A stretch of 64,000 nt of DNA from Marsupella aquatica (lineage: Eukaryota > Plantae > Marchantiophyta): contig OZ316891.1 in assembly GCA_973895155.1 (NCBI GenBank), forward strand, positions 26,281,972 to 26,345,971, in the 5' to 3' direction. The position numbers and the translations under genes were made by a program. The notes beneath the pieces were generated by a model, which saw nothing but the letters and a program-made list of their open reading frames with translations, searched no databases and had not been told where the DNA came from. Positions 39,108 through 53,720 of the stretch are shown one piece after another; within the stretch, counting starts at the first letter, position 1, and every line of letters starts with the position of its first letter.

Positions 39108-42100
39108 GACGACAGTTTGCTATTGCTATTGTTATATTCTTCCCTGTTGTTCCCCTGCCTTGATAATATACAGGTCAGCTCAGACGGTGATCACTCGTCC
39201 ACCTTCAGGAGCTGTATGCTGCTCCTGACGTTTCTGTTGAGAAACTAGTCGAGCACACTCAGTAGCGATCTAGTCCTCTAAGTGACCCAAGCGCATGGAT
39301 GGAGTTTTTGAGCTCAGCAGTACAAAGAACACGATTCGCTCCTTCGTGAATGCCTGGAGAAACACAGCACCACCTGGAAACTGACGCTGGCTCTAACAAG
39401 TGAAACAGCCACACTGGATGCGTGGTAGTGAGTGATGGGTGAGAACTAATGCACCACATCGGTTTTATGGGCTGGTTACGAGTCTTCGCCTCTGCTTCCT
39501 AGCGGACCTACGGTGTAGCTGCACAAGGGCAAGGCAGGTGGATCAAAGGTATTACCAGCGAATATTAAATTCAGCTATTCGTTACTCGTGCACAGTTTTT
39601 ACAACCTACGGAGCTGCACTGATTAGTAGCTTTTAAAGCTCACTCGACAGGCTCCCGTCTACTGTACTTTTGCGGCACTCTGGCTTCTCTTCTCGCTCTA
39701 CTCAGCTCCTGAGAAGCCGTTCTAGGATGATGATCACTACCATCACCCCCCCACCCCCCACCCCAAACAGTTTACTTTCCCCAACGGTTGGCCGATCTCT
39801 GCTACCGATCCCAAACGAAAGTGTTCTCTGCTAGGGGGGGAGGCTCCAGGAACCGAGGAAAGTGAGCACTGTAGCCAGAGTGAGGGAAGGAAAGGGAATA
39901 TGGTACGTAACAAACTACCGATTCAAAGTTTCCGGAGAGTATTTAAGGGAGAACGATAGACAGGAAGGGCAACTCGAGTTAATCAATTCCTGACAAATAA
40001 CAGAGAAAGCTAAAGGACGGATGGGACAGTTGAGACGTCGTCTAATAAAGCGAAATGTGTGGTTATCCTCATGAGCTATGCACGCCCGTCAGAACCACAA
40101 CGATGAAGTCCAATGAACCCGTGCTGTCAGTCTCCCCCTCCGAACCTGGGCATGTGACAAACACAGTACGTGTGACTACTACGTTCTAATTTACACCCCC
40201 CGCCCTCCCATTTTATATTAGCATCCACTAATCTCTCTCTCGCTCTCTCTCGCTCTCCACCAACACACACCGTTCAGCTCATCAACAGGTGCAGATTCGC
40301 TCTCTCCTCGATCCTGGTGGCTAACTTGTGCAGAGATTGTAGTCTTGGATAAGGGCTCTCGAAAGGTATGGTACTACGGACGGACTGGCAGTTTCTGCAG
40401 GCCTGCAAGCTGGCCCTACGGTGCCAAGTAGCTCCGCAGAATTACTGAGTACAGCCAGCGATACCTCCAATGCCCTGCTGCTGCTGCGCAACGCATAGGG
40501 GCGTGCCTTCTGAGGGACGACTGTCGACGAGTGTTTTCGGCACGTAAGCACCCTCTGAGGGACGACTGTTGTTGTTGTTGAGAGAGAGAGAAACTAAAAC
40601 ACAGCGAGCCTGAAAAAGATAGACAGCGATAGAGAACGACTGGGCCTGAGAAAGATTGCTAGAGACCAAATCACAGAAAGGCAGGCAAATAATGAAATGG
40701 TGAACGAATGACTGCGACTGTCAAGTAGACTAGAGATCGGGCAAATCCGCAAAGAGACTTCGAGAGAGGAACTGTATCGCTGATGATTTACATCAACATT
40801 TTACAATCAACAAGACGATCTGAAGAGTATTCAGATCCGATGTAGGAAACCCCCGAGATTCTAGTAGACTACATTATTTTTAGGAGAATTACAAAAGGCA
40901 CTAGGTAGCTTTTGAAACTATACAATTGCCGACCCTTCAAAAATGATTAAAAATCACTAAAAATCACATAAAAATTCATGCTTTGTAAACCCAGCCCAAT
41001 TTTGTATTTTGGAAAAGTTCAATGTCTTCGCACCAGATACTAGGGCATCTCCAAGCTGTAAACGAGGAAGATATGGATAGATTTAAGGTGGCGGGGGCCA
41101 TGGCCATAGCCAAAAATCGCTGTAGATCAACTCCCAAGCCATAGCTAAATTATGGTCATGCTGGCAAAGAGTAACTTGTGGATAGGTTTAAGAGGAAGTG
41201 GCCATAGCGAAACATAATTCAACTAACTCCCAACCCGATATATAATTCATTAGGGTCATGGCCAAAGACAAGTTTGCATCTGTCAATTCAGATTTCTCAA
41301 TTAGTCCTTGATCCTCTTTCATGGCTCATTAAAAGTGGACTTGCCTTTCTAGTGAAATCCAAATCTTTAGAAGTTGTATGTGAACAGACCTTTCTATATT
41401 GAAGTTGAAGCTCTCATAAACACCAGTTCCTAAGCAAACTTAAGACAGTCCATAATATTGTAGTCGTTTCCCAATTCCTATCAAACCATGGTTGTGACCC
41501 AGGAGGCCCTGGTACCTATCTCACTGGTTAATGTACCAGATTGTGCGCCAGCCATGTCTGGCAGGGTGTCTGGTTCAAATTCTGTTGTGTGTTCCACAGG
41601 GCTTGGGTAGATGGTAGAAACTATATTAAAAGAAAAATCAATGTAATTTAAGGTTTGATCCAAAGTTTGAGGAAGCTTACTTGCACTATTTTTGTTTAAT
41701 TCAGGAAAGCTATTTTGTGGCAATCAACAGGTGAAACAAGGGCACGCCAGCAGGTAGCTGGTGGGTTGTGCTCTTCAATTGGAAACCCTGGAAGCAATCT
41801 GAATGATTGCCTTATTGCCAGGAACATGATTATCAATTGTTATTTTTTTAGAATGAGGAGCTTACAGCAATATCCCATTTTCTATTTCTATGCTTATGGC
41901 ATTGAAAGTGTCCATTGCGGGTTAGTCAAGGAGCACCTTGTGAAGCATAGGATGAAATCTTGTCCTAAAACGGACACAGGTTTGCTAGGGTCATCAACAT
42001 ACATGGACATGTGCACCTACTCTTCATGGGACCTGTGGTCTAGAGTGAAGACTCTAAACGATGACTTTGGGGGGGGGGGGCGAGGGGGGGTGGAGGTGCT

Positions 42101-43085
42101 GACTAAAGTTGGGAAGGCAGGTGACAATGGGGCTTGGGGCAGGGTGCATCATGTGAGGATCGGAGTCACTTAAAAGCAATTGAACTCAAATTGTTGAATG
42201 CAGGCCTGAATGTCCAGATCTCTACTTATGTTCAAAAGACCGCCAGTCAGGCTAATGAGACTAATTATGTTTGTTCATATTTATGTGGGGAATCTATTGA
42301 TTGAGCAACTACAAGTTTAAACTAAGTAATGCGCAAACAGCCCACAAGGCAACAGGAAATGTGAGCTCTATATGGTTGGTGTTCTAGAGGAGTGACTCTG
42401 GTGTTTAGTTCCTGAAATATCTGAGCCTTACATAGCTGATGTTCTATAGGATTGACACTGTCGCATTGCGTTCCTTGATGGCGGAATGACACTGATTTCT
42501 TGCTCTTTAAGTTGGCATCAAATATGAGATAAATGTGAGTTTTGTTCTTGAGCGGTTCTTGTTTCTATTAGCATCACTTGTTCGAATTTGTGCTATGCGT
42601 GCTTTTGGGTTGAAGGTGCTCTCAAAGGTTGGCTGCTGCAGCTAAAGACAACCACAATTGTTAATGCTGTATGGAAAATGTTGACAATTACTAACCTTGC
42701 CCAAGTTTGTCAGTGTAGCATTGCTCATGTTTGAGACCATTTTAACATAATAATGCCCCATAAGTGTTACCATGTTTGTGTAAAAGCTAGAGAAGATCAT
42801 GCTCTACCAAATCTACTCCTTGTGCCTTTCTTTGAGAGTGAATCGCAGGTGGGTGTGCAGAGCTTGTATAAAAGAGGTGTTCCAATACAGAAATGTCCCA
42901 AGTCCCCACAAGGCACTTCAAAAACTCTTATTGTTTATGATGGCCACATACTTTTTGCTCCTTCAAAAATTGAGAACTTTCAATTATATGATCCATCAAA
43001 TCGTTTTTGTCTAACACCTTTGATGTTGAGGGAACAGAACGATGCCTACAGCAATATCATTCATTACGTAAGTACCGATTAAAAT

Positions 43086-43260
43086 CATTGTCCCCAAGGA
43101 AGCACAATAAATGTGCACATATCTGATGTTGAAAGACAAGGGATAACATCATGAGCTGTTACTATGAGAAGGACATTGTCCCCAAGGAAGCACAATAAAT
43201 GTGCACATATCTGATGTTGAAAAACAAGGGAAAACATCATGAGCTGTTACTATGAGAAGG
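43086..43260. repeat. Tandem duplication, 2 x ~88 bp
   Basis: CATTGTCCCCAAGGAAGCACAATAAATGTGCACATATCTGATGTTGAAA...TACTATGAGAAGG occurs twice. Confidence 0.85.
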
Positions 43261-43764
43261 GAGTGACATTTGGTGACAATGTCACGGACAAGATAATATA
43301 AGATGCACAAAACTGGTGTGATAGAAAGAACGATGTCATAGGCATCGTTGTCAATTGAAAGGATTTTATATAACAGATACCAACAATATAAAACCAGTGG
43401 TTTCCCTCGCCTACAAGCTAGCTGCGGAGTTTCCTCAACGGAGGTTGTCCCTTAAAACTGTTTGAGTAAGATATATTTATTTATTTTATAATAGTGCTGT
43501 ATTGCGTACAAAATAACGTTGTCCCAGACAAGAGAATGAACAAGCCTATAAAAGGACAAGTTTATTAAAGGGAAATAGTACCGTATGCACACCAATCAAT
43601 AACGACAATGTAGACAAGACAAAGCAGGAATCGGGCCTGTCATTTCACAGCGCGCCACGTCTACAAGACTGGGAACCAATCAGAAACGGCAAAGTCAGCA
43701 CCCCAATATCTATGGATATATAATATAATAGTATAATTATTATTTATACAACTCTAATCAGACA

Positions 43765-44960
43765 GTGGATCTTCAGTGACATCTCATGATCGATGGACAC
43801 TCACCTTTTGGAACTCGGGTGACATGTTGATGTTCAATTACACCTCATGACCAGGAAATGGAAAACATGTGATAATTATGCGGGGCAAAGAGGGTTGATT
43901 TATTACGTGGGATTACATATTTATCACATATATTACTCCCAACCAGGAGACACTATCCCACTGGAAAAAAGATCCAATAAAGGGAGGGAAAAAGGAAAGA
44001 CCCCAAGGAGTTCCTCACAACAACTCAAAAGTCATTAAGAAGCAAAGTAAGAACCATAACCCTACTATACTGAAAACTGAAAAGCCTGGTAGATTGACAA
44101 TATCTACACTACCCAGGGACGGGTAGACATATACATCCATTTACACATGATTATAGACTTTGTTTGACCCGCAATCTATCCGTGAGGTGTAAAGGGGGAG
44201 GCTCGTAAGGGCAGGTGGTAGAGATGGCGATCGAGACAGGGGTCATGGACCACAAGCGGTGAGACTCATGTTGTCAAGCCCATCATCTGATCACCTGTAA
44301 AATAGAAGTATGTAAACCCCGTCCCTGATGGCGGATTAAACTAATGCGCATCAATATTAGCTAATATTGATTTCAAGATTCTCCCTACAATTAAAAAATA
44401 GTGCAAAGTACTCCCCTGCTGGTAATCACACATCAAAATGTGGCTGCATTCATTGATTGGTTATCACGTTATGTACATAGTATTCCGTATTACGTCATCG
44501 TAATTAATTATCAATGTCACTATGTCAGCTTTAATCCATAACTGTGGAGAGATCCAGTGGTCGATGGACATTACTGTTTTGGTCCTTTTGGGGCTGTGCT
44601 GACATGTTGACGTTCAATTACACGTTCTGACCGGGAACCGGAAAGATCCTCATAATTCTGCCGGGCAAGCATTGTTGATTTCAGATTTTCCCCGACAGTA
44701 ACACAGAGTGCATAGTACTCAGTACCACGTTTTTATTATTTATTATCGATGTCAATTTAATCCATGGCTGTAGATCTTCACTGACATCCAATGATCGATG
44801 GACACAGCTCTTCTGGAGTTCTCAGCACATGATGACGTTCCATTGCATGTTAAGACCGGCTACCGGAAAGCATGTCATAATTATGCCGGGCAGCTAGCTG
44901 AGCTAGGGTTGATAGGGGTTTTTCCAGACAGTAAAAATAGTGCATGTTGATTTCGTATTT
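43765..44960. repeat. Three diverged copies of a ~150-230 bp repeat
   Basis: (GA)TCGATGGACA...ACATG(T/A)TGA(T/C)GTTC.ATT.CA...GACC.G...GGAAA...ATAATT.TGC.GGGCA at ~43790, 44560 and 44793. Confidence 0.6.
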
Positions 44961-45305
44961 TAAGGCAGTAAAACTAGTACATAGTATCCCATACCAAGTG
45001 CACTGTTCTGTACTCCTTTTTCCCGTTTGGACTGGTCAAACATTTACAGAGTGGTCAAACTGAACTATGTTTTAAGTGTGTCACGGTATAACATGTATGA
45101 AGTTGGGTCTGGAACGGCAAAATATTTACAGCTAAGTAACAGTAAACCAAGTATGAGTTGTCTTCCATCTTGACCGTTAAACATTTGTAGTGTGGTAAAA
45201 AAACAAACGTTACACCTTTTTTTCTTTGGGCTCGAAGGGTGAAACATTTAGAGGACGAACCATTGACAATGGACTTTGACACCCTTCTTGTTTCTAAAAA
45301 TTTTT

Positions 45306-46821
45306 GAGAGATATATACTTAGTGGACCTCCAAATGCAATTTTTTCTCTTAATGGACCAAAAGTTGCAACGCCCTCCCAGTGGACCCTAACGTTTAGATT
45401 CTCTCCCAATGGACCCCTGGGCCCACTCCGTACAAGCATGTTCTTCTGAAACACCTTATCACACAGTTCAGGTCCACTACATACCCTGTGGACATCGTGG
45501 TTGGTCATGTGTGGTAGGCCATTGATAACGTCGCAGTCCACAAGCGTCGTAGCCCTGGCCGCAATCGAGCACTGCAACATCATGGCTTCCTAGTTTTTGT
45601 GAATACAATATGACTATTGTATTCAAACTACAATAGCCGCAATCTAGAACAATACAACATGGTCAATGTATTCACTCTACGCATGCAATGACACGTACGT
45701 CGCGATTCTAGGTTGCGTCTACTTTGGATACATAGTGGACATTGTATTCAAAGATCGCACTTAAACAAAGTCAGGACTCCCCTGCCTTACATACAAGCAG
45801 CAAGGCTTGCTATAATGAACAGAATCAAAACCTGTTCAACATAGAACAATATATTTGTGTCTTGCATACAATATGCATGTTGTATGCACATTTCCACCCG
45901 ACTTTACGACGAAGACACCACCCTGTCGAAGCCTTCCCAAAATTAATGGACAAAACTTATCGTATGACAACACAAAAATATGATTTGTCATGTATGCACT
46001 TTGCACGTTGTATTCTGATTTTCAGACTTAGGAAAAAAAATTGTCCCTCCGATTTTACGAAGACGCCTCCCGCCAAAGCCTGCTCAAATGGACAAAACCT
46101 ATTGGATTTCAACATAGAAATATGATTTGTCATGTATACACTTTGCACGCTGTATTTAGATTTCACACTTAGAAAAAAACTTTGTCCCTCTGACTTTACG
46201 AAGACGCCCCCCTCCGAAGCCTGCCCAAATGGACAAAACCTATTGTATTACAACACACATATATGATTTTTCATGTATACACTTTGCACGTTGCATTTGG
46301 ATTTCACAATTAGAATTATTTTTTGTCCCTCCGACTTTACGTACGAAGACGCCCCCCACCGAAGCCTGCCCAAATAATAATCAAAACCTTTTGTATTACA
46401 ACACAGAGATATGATTTGTCATGTATACACTTTAAAAGTTGTATTCAGATTTCACACTTAGAAAAAAAAATTGTCCCTCCAACTTTACAAAACGCCCTCC
46501 CGCCCCCCCCCCCCCCCAAAGTGACGGTTCATGTTTGTATGCATTGTGGCCAATGTATACATTGTGGGATACATTGATTCACTCGGAACTGCAATCGTAG
46601 TCAACCGCGTTCGGCGATGCGGTCGGACACTGAAGAACAGTAGAACATGCTGCATTTTACAGTGACAATCTCGCACTATAAGAACTGCACAATGTGTTAA
46701 AAGAACATCTCACACCAAATGACACCTCTGGTGGGCCCGGAGGTCCATTGGGAGGGCGTGTGCAACTTTTGGTCCATTAAGAGAAAAAATTGCATTTGGA
46801 GGTCCACTAAGTATATCTCTC
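45306..46821. mobile_element. Non-autonomous long-TIR element (Mutator-like) with internal ~145-bp tandem repeats
   Basis: TIR GAGAGATATA(TA)CTTAGTGGACCTCCAAATGCAATTTTTTCTCTTAATGGACCAAAAGTTGCA is inverted at 46761-46821. Four to five internal repeats lie at 45800-46500. The 9-bp flanks are only loosely similar. Confidence 0.8.
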
Positions 46822-48604
46822 AAGTTTTGAAGAGCAAAGTTTGACAATGTCTCACTTGATATTCAAAGATTGAGAGAGTTCCCTAACTTCCAAATTTTGA
46901 GTGTCTAAACGTTTTTGAGTAGCTAAGCTTGATTATTCCCAATCTGACTTTTAGAGTTTTGAGACCTATAAATTTCCAAAATGACTATATTTATTTTTAT
47001 TGCCACATTTCACTTGCCACTGTAATATGTGTTATATGAGCTAAAACAAAAGGGGTCTCCAACCCTAGCAATGCTATAACAGTTTTTAGTGCCAAAAGAC
47101 AATTTAATTACACGAAGCAACAAACCCAAGGTGGACTTGTACGGTCCTATTCTAAGGCTGGGACCAAGCCACTAATGGGAATATGGAACGGATACAAGCA
47201 GTGCAATATTTAAGGTTTTCCTCTTTTGGTCTATGTGACAAATGTAAGGCTCTGAAGGAGAAGATACTGAGAATTTCTTTTATCTGGTTTGCCTGAATTG
47301 TTTTATGACCATTAAATCTTCCTAGGTTAAAAGATTACTGTTAGATTCTGACTTGGGACCTGTGGCGAGGTCAGAAATTGGCCACTGGGAGACAGAAAAC
47401 CTTGCAAATTTCTCCAAAAAGTCATAAAATCATTTTTTAGAGGTGGAAACTAGCAAACGTTCCTCTTGGTGCCATTGCGCCATGGTTGCAGCACTGATAA
47501 ATGAAAACTAGCCATTGTAAGTCTACGCTGGTTGCACTCTTTATAATAATACCTGTAAACGGAAATTACCTTTGTATAAAATTAGTTTTGGAGAAAAATA
47601 AAACAAACACAAACTACCTCTCAAGAATTATAAAAGTAACCAGTCTCAAACAGAAGAGGAAACCACATTATTTTAGTGTTCTGCAAACCAAATTCCCTAG
47701 CACTCTCAATTAGAATCTAGAAAGACCCACAAAGTCAAGATCCTATAATCTCATGCTGGTTTCCTTGCATAGTTTAGGCTAACTATGACTGAATTTCTAA
47801 ATGTTCCAAATGTCTGACCCAGATGAAGAAATTAGTTTGTGGACCCCCATATGTTTTGAATTGAATGGCTACTGTGGCCATTGACTCGAGTGCTTTCTCG
47901 CCTAGGGCTCAATGAAGCATAAAACAGTTCGAAGAGAAGTTGCTAGGATACCCTCTGTATGATCCGGAGGACAAGCAAGTGCAAGATATATAATTAATTA
48001 ATTAATTAATTGAACTAGAGGGTGGGCAGTCGGTTATTTGGGGTTTAAAAAATGGTTACGAGTCTATGATTACGTCAACATTTTGTTACCTAGAGTAAAT
48101 AAAACGGTTACTTTTAAAACAGTTTTACATCAAGTTTTACGGCATGGCGTTCTTGATTTTACCAAAATCATGCCACAAACACGAATGTTAAGCAAATTTT
48201 GTTTTGTAAACCAATATGTACCTGTTTGCAGCACATCTCGATGATGTGGCATGCTATGGTGCCAAGAAGTTTGGAAGGGACCTCTAGTGGGGTCCGTAAC
48301 TAATATATCATCATATCCCACACCAAAGTTTTCTCCTCAACCAACCCCGTGAGATACACTGATTTAAGGGTAATGGTCTGGATCACTCATTGGGTCCATC
48401 AAGTCCCGATTAGGGTTGGGGTGAAAACTGGGGACGGGGTGGACAAGTGATGGGAATAGTGCACCCGCATTTGATAATAGGGCCGCCTATGAGAATATGT
48501 GGAGTAGAGGTAACATGTGAGAGTCAATCGATTAGGGAGGCTGCCTATGAAGAGGTCAACGGTTGTAGTCGAGGGCTATGGTGAAACGGCCATCCCTTCT
48601 CCAA

Positions 48605-48800
48605 TTACTTGAAGAGGCTTTGGTCAGCTGTTGTCGTCAAGGCCAACACTTGCTTATCCTCATTTGTATTGTAATTGAAGAAGCTTTGGTCAGCTCTTGT
48701 CATCACGGGATACTCTCTTATCCTCATCTGGATTGTAATTGAAGAAGCTTTGGTCACCTCTTGTCATCGAGGGTCCACGCTCTCCATCCTTATGTGTATT
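48605..48800. repeat. ~3 x 63 bp diverged tandem repeat
   Basis: TTGAAGA(A/G)GCTTTGGTCA..T.TTGTC.TC at ~48609, 48675 and 48739. Confidence 0.7.
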
Positions 48801-49452
48801 TGCATTTTAAAAACATGCATCAGGCTAGTGGCATTAAGAAGGTCCTTGAGTCCCCCTTTTTTTTGTGTAAACGGCAAATAGAATGAAGTCACCGGCATCA
48901 TTTTATTTTAAACATCTGACAGAAGGGACGCTACGAGAGACGCTACAAGGAATTTAGGTCCATCATCATATCGTTTGTCAAAAAGCAGAGCCGTTGGATT
49001 CTGCCCGAAAGTTTCCCAATCCCAACAGATTTGCTTCCTCTCAACGGACAAAACAAAAAAAGTACAGCTCCTGTCCTTATTCACGAAAACAAGGTGCAGA
49101 GAAAAAGGTGTGACTCGTGTGTGGATGGCAGCTTTTCACCTTATCTTCTGAGTTTATTTGCTATGGGTCTCGTTTCTACTACCAAGTCCAAAAGACAACA
49201 CATTAAAACACACTCACAGTATTAATTATGTTTCTACTTTTTATTCATATCTTGAAATTATCCGAAACTTTCATTAATAAAATTGTTTGCTTTGTTAGGA
49301 GGAGTCAGTACTCATTCGTCATTCCGGCTAGTGCAGGAGAAATTGTGTAAAAAAAATGATTGTTTTCTATTTCAGTACATAATTCAAGATCAAAAGTATT
49401 CCTTTTGCATGGCATATATAATTAATTCAAAAAAAAGGAACACTAAAATCAT

Positions 49453-49880
49453 GAGAGAGATATTTAGTGGATCTCCAAATGCAACTTTTTTTTTAATGGA
49501 TCAAAAGTTGCACATCACCCTCTCACAGGACCCCCAACGTTTAGATTCCCTCCCAATGGACCTCTAGGCCCACTCCGTACAAGCATGTTCTTCTGAAATA
49601 CCTTACCACACAGTTTAGGTCCACTATGTACCTTGTGGACACCGTGGTTGGTCATGTGTAATAGGCCATCGATAACATGACAGTCCACAAGCGTCGTAAC
49701 CCTGGCTACAATTGAGCGCCGCAGCACCATGGCTTCCTAGTTTTTGTGAATACAATATGGCTATTGTATTCAAAACTACAATAGCCACAATCTAGAACAA
49801 TCAGAAGAATACAACATGGTTAGTGTATTCACTCTATGCATGCAATGACACGTCGTGATTCTAGGTTGCGCCTGCTTTGC
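49453..49880 (+). mobile_element. Truncated second copy (left arm) of the 45306 element
   Basis: Colinear with 45306-45725: TIR, CCCACTCCGTACAAGCATGTTC, CATGGCTTCCTAGTTTTTGTGAATACAATATG. Confidence 0.85.
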
Positions 49881-50564
49881 TAGTTCATCGTTAGGGATGA
49901 GGGCATGATCATTTTCGCACGTATGCCTTCTCTTTGGCAAGGGTTTAGGATTGTAGGTGGCGGCCGATAGGAATGGTGATCAAGAGAGGAGGATTGCTTT
50001 AGGGATTTGACTATTGGAGACCACGCAGCTCATACGCAGATCGAAGGCCTGTCGGGCTGGTGAAGGGAGACTACGAAATGAATTGGGACTGCCTCTCGGG
50101 CGATTTGGAGTGAGTGCAGAGCGATTCAGGGAGATCAAGAAGTGAACATTGGGCAGGTCGGTTGGGTTTTGAACCCAACCAAGGTAGTCACGATGCCCCA
50201 CACCAAGAAACTGACATTGGCAAAGGAGGGAGTGCATTTTCGATACAGTGTAGGCAATCAGGGGAATCGTGTTTTCAAGTGTATATGCATGCGCTGGTCA
50301 TGCTCCTCGTGGTTTCACTTCATTCAAGTTGTTTGTAACTCACTTGAGCACCAAGCATGGACGAAAACTCCCTACTGATTTATTGGAGCCAGGCCTACCT
50401 TTGTTGAGTTCAAAAATCAACATCTCTCATCCCGCAAAGAAACCACAAAAATCGAGCAGCACCAGTGGGAAGAAGATGGAAGGTGCATCATGGATTCGTT
50501 TGAGGTCTACTGCAAAGTTGAGATGGTAGATGACCAAGCAGCGAAAGAAGAATCAGCTCAAGGA

Positions 50565-50765
50565 TGTTAGATATTGCTCTAGTCTTGTGACTCATGAGCT
50601 AACCACAATTAGTCTAACTCGGGTTAGGACTTAGCTAATGTTAGCGGTAGTGCTATTGTGCATATAGCTAGGGCTGATGCCAGACCTTGGGTGGAACTTA
50701 GGCTCATTGTTACGGAGCTAGTTGAGAGATAGGGAGAGCTTCTGCTGTGGATGCTTGGTATGGCC
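50565..50765 (+). mobile_element. LTR fragment of the 28189 family, interrupted at 50765
   Basis: Matches 28189-28388, and similarity stops exactly where TGTCAC begins. Confidence 0.75.
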
Positions 50766-52576
50766 TGTCACCTGCTTATCAAATGACTAACACAACAAGC
50801 ACCACATGGTTCCACTAAAAATCGTTTGTATCGTATGATGGGGACGTGGAGGGACGCTATATGGATCATTTTCCTACTAAGGATGAGTAGATTCGTTTCC
50901 ACTCCCGGAATTGTATTTTTTGATCAAGTCTACCGACTATACGTACTCTGCTTTTGATCAAGTCCCGTGGACTACCTTGTTTCTACTCCTCCTGGCCTTT
51001 GGCAAAGTGCTGTCACCACTCTCCCACTCACAGGGTCGACCAAGCCATGTAAGTTTCTGTAAATACTCATACTGGGGAAGAACACAATCGTGCAACCAAG
51101 AGAGGGAACAACACACAAGAAGTCATGAAAATCCAACCGAATCCATATCTATTAGTGGCCAAGGTAACACATTGCATGGGCAACCCGGTCTCCTACCGTC
51201 TACCCAACTTCTGCCTCACGGGACAATGAGCCCTCTCCACCTCAATACTTCGGATCAAGTCCCTATTCTTGTTGAAGGCTAATCCTCACAAAAACAACAC
51301 TAGACTGAGTCCCCCCTTGCTCCTACTGGGGGCTGTTGGTTACATACCAAAAAACAACAATGCAACACACAAGCCCTAGGGTGTGGCGGCGGCCACTGCC
51401 CTGGCTGGCCGCCATCCACTGGCGGCGCCGCTAACCTAAAAGTTTTCTACACATGCGGCACACACATGCACCCCTAATCCTATTGCTACCTAAGTGAGGC
51501 CAACGGTACCTTCGTCGGCCATCACACCAACTAACAAAACTAGACTAATGTCCTATGTAGGCCATGGCCTACCTTCCTACTACGGGGCGGCCAACGCCTC
51601 CCACTACTCTGGCCATGGAAATAGTCGAAAGTAGAAGTTGCTATAAATCTGGTCCTGAGAAATTTTCTGAGTAGCCACGGCCATCCTGATCGTAACCCCG
51701 AAAATGGCTCCCAAAACGGACATCAGACGCCCGAGATATGGCCTACCGAGTCTCAAATCCTACCACGGCCAGCATCACGTCCAAATCGTCCGTACGGTCC
51801 TGGCCCCCCATCATGACATCAAATTGAGGTACCCTGACCATGGTCACATGCCCTGACTTGGCCGGGTCACCCTCCTGAAGGCCGTACGGACGTCTGTATG
51901 GCGTCGAACCCTCATTCTTCACAAAAATGTTCTAGTCTGTATCTCTCTCATTTTAGCTCTGTTTGAGGCGTGTCTTACATCGTTAGATTCAGCTCGACGA
52001 GCTCCTTCCAATAAGCCCATGAGTTCTTGATTCTGAGAAGATTGAAAAATTCGACTTTTGTGTGGCCACGGTCCGTATGGCTCCCGTACTAACCGTCATC
52101 TGACTGCTTGCTTGTAGTAAGATCCTCATCTATGGATTGGCCACTGGAACCCTCACTGTCCTCCTGGCCGGGGTCTCATTGGGCTTGCCCTCCGGTGGCC
52201 GGGGCCCCTCCCCTCAGGCCGCCTTACTGTTGGCCAACACCCTCCTTGGCCGGCTTGTTGCCTTGCAGGCCACATGCCACCCAGGTCGGCTTCTTCCTCC
52301 CAGGCCGGCTCCCACTGCCAGCTTAGGCCGGCTTGTTGTTTGGCCGACACTCTATTGGTTGGCCGGCACCCAAAAGTGACGCTTGGCCACTCTCGCCTTT
52401 CGACCCATTATGTTAATACTAGGGCCGCTTAAAAATAAAAATATATGAATCCCCCAACGCCTACATGGAAGGGCATTAGGGTACATGCCTTGTCTTGCCC
52501 CAGCCAGTGGCCAACCCCCCTTTATCCTGAGGCTTGGCCGACAACTAAAATTAAGAGGACATGAAAACCATCAACA
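50766..52576 (-). mobile_element. 3' LTR (~1.8 kb) of a Ty3/gypsy element
   Basis: On the minus strand, purine tract AGATGAGGTGAG is followed by TGTTGATG...GGTGACA (TG...CA), directly downstream of the integrase. Confidence 0.75.
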
Positions 52577-52692
52577 CTCACCTCATCTTATTGTACGTAA
52601 ACTATCTTCGGCGAGGTTGTAAGAGAACAAAAGCAAAAAAAACTTGACACAAATCTTTATTTACATGTGCGTGTCACTACTACCCCTTAAAA

Positions 52693-53720
52693 TCATTCTT
52701 TGGGACCATTGGCCCCGTCACATAGCTCCCCTCTTAATTGCGAAGCGTCCCCGCGAGCACCATACTCCTCTTCCGTGTAATACTTCTTCAGCCGCTCTTG
52801 GTTGATGCGGGTGTTGAGTAGCTGTCCCTCCAATGTTTTGAGTTGCACAGATCCATTTGGGTAGACCTTGTCTACAAGGTAGGGTCCCATCCACCGCGTG
52901 TGTAACTTTCCCGGGAAATGCATAAATCGACTATCGTAGAGTAGCACCAAATCTCCCGGCTCAATGGTCGTGCATCGAAGACGGCGATCATAGTGTAACT
53001 TCTGTTTGGTTTGTTGTTGCTCTGTGCGCTCTAGAGCATGCTCACGTATTTCTGTTAGCTGTTCCAACTGTTGGATCCGAGCTGCTGCACTTCTTTCCTC
53101 TCCGTCCCTCTCCCTGGTCAAGATTTGGATGGTGGGTACTTCAAATTCCACCGGTACAAGAGAATGTTGGCCAAACACAAGGAAGTAGGGGTATGGCTAG
53201 TGGTGGTTTTGTGGGCCAAGTTGTAGGCGTATGTAGCAGCTAGCAACTTCAAATCCCAATCAGTCTTGTGGGACGATACCGTCTTGTTGAGGATCTTCCC
53301 CATAATCCCATTTGCTCTCTCTGTTAGCCCATTTGCTCGTGGATGGTAGGGGGTGGTCTTTCGATGGGTGACCAAGTAGTTCTCAGTCAGACGCGCAATC
53401 GTGTGATTGAGAAAGTGTGTGCCCCGGTCACTTACGAGTTCCAAGGGTGGACCAAACCGTGTGAAAATTTGCTTGTACAAAAACTGTGCAATGGTGTTTG
53501 CGTCATCCTTGGCCGTTGCCCTGGCCTCCACCCACTTGGTGGCGTAGTCAGTGGCCAGTACGATATAGCGTTTTCTGCCCCTTCGGGTAATCGGAGTGAA
53601 GGGGCCGATGAAATCAATCCCCCACTTCTCAAATGGTGCAAGGGGAAGTATGGGCACCAATGGGTGTCGAGAGGAGGGCCCTGGTTTTCCTTGGCGTTGG
53701 CAGGGGTCACATCTGGTCAA
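52693..53720 (-). pseudogene. Ty3/gypsy integrase C-terminal part (frameshifted, 5'-truncated)
   Basis: CDPCQR, PFEKWGIDFIGP, DYATKWVEA, SDRGTHF, YHPRANGLTER, then GDLVLL and KLHTRWMGPY (GPY/F). Frameshift near 53180. Confidence 0.92.
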
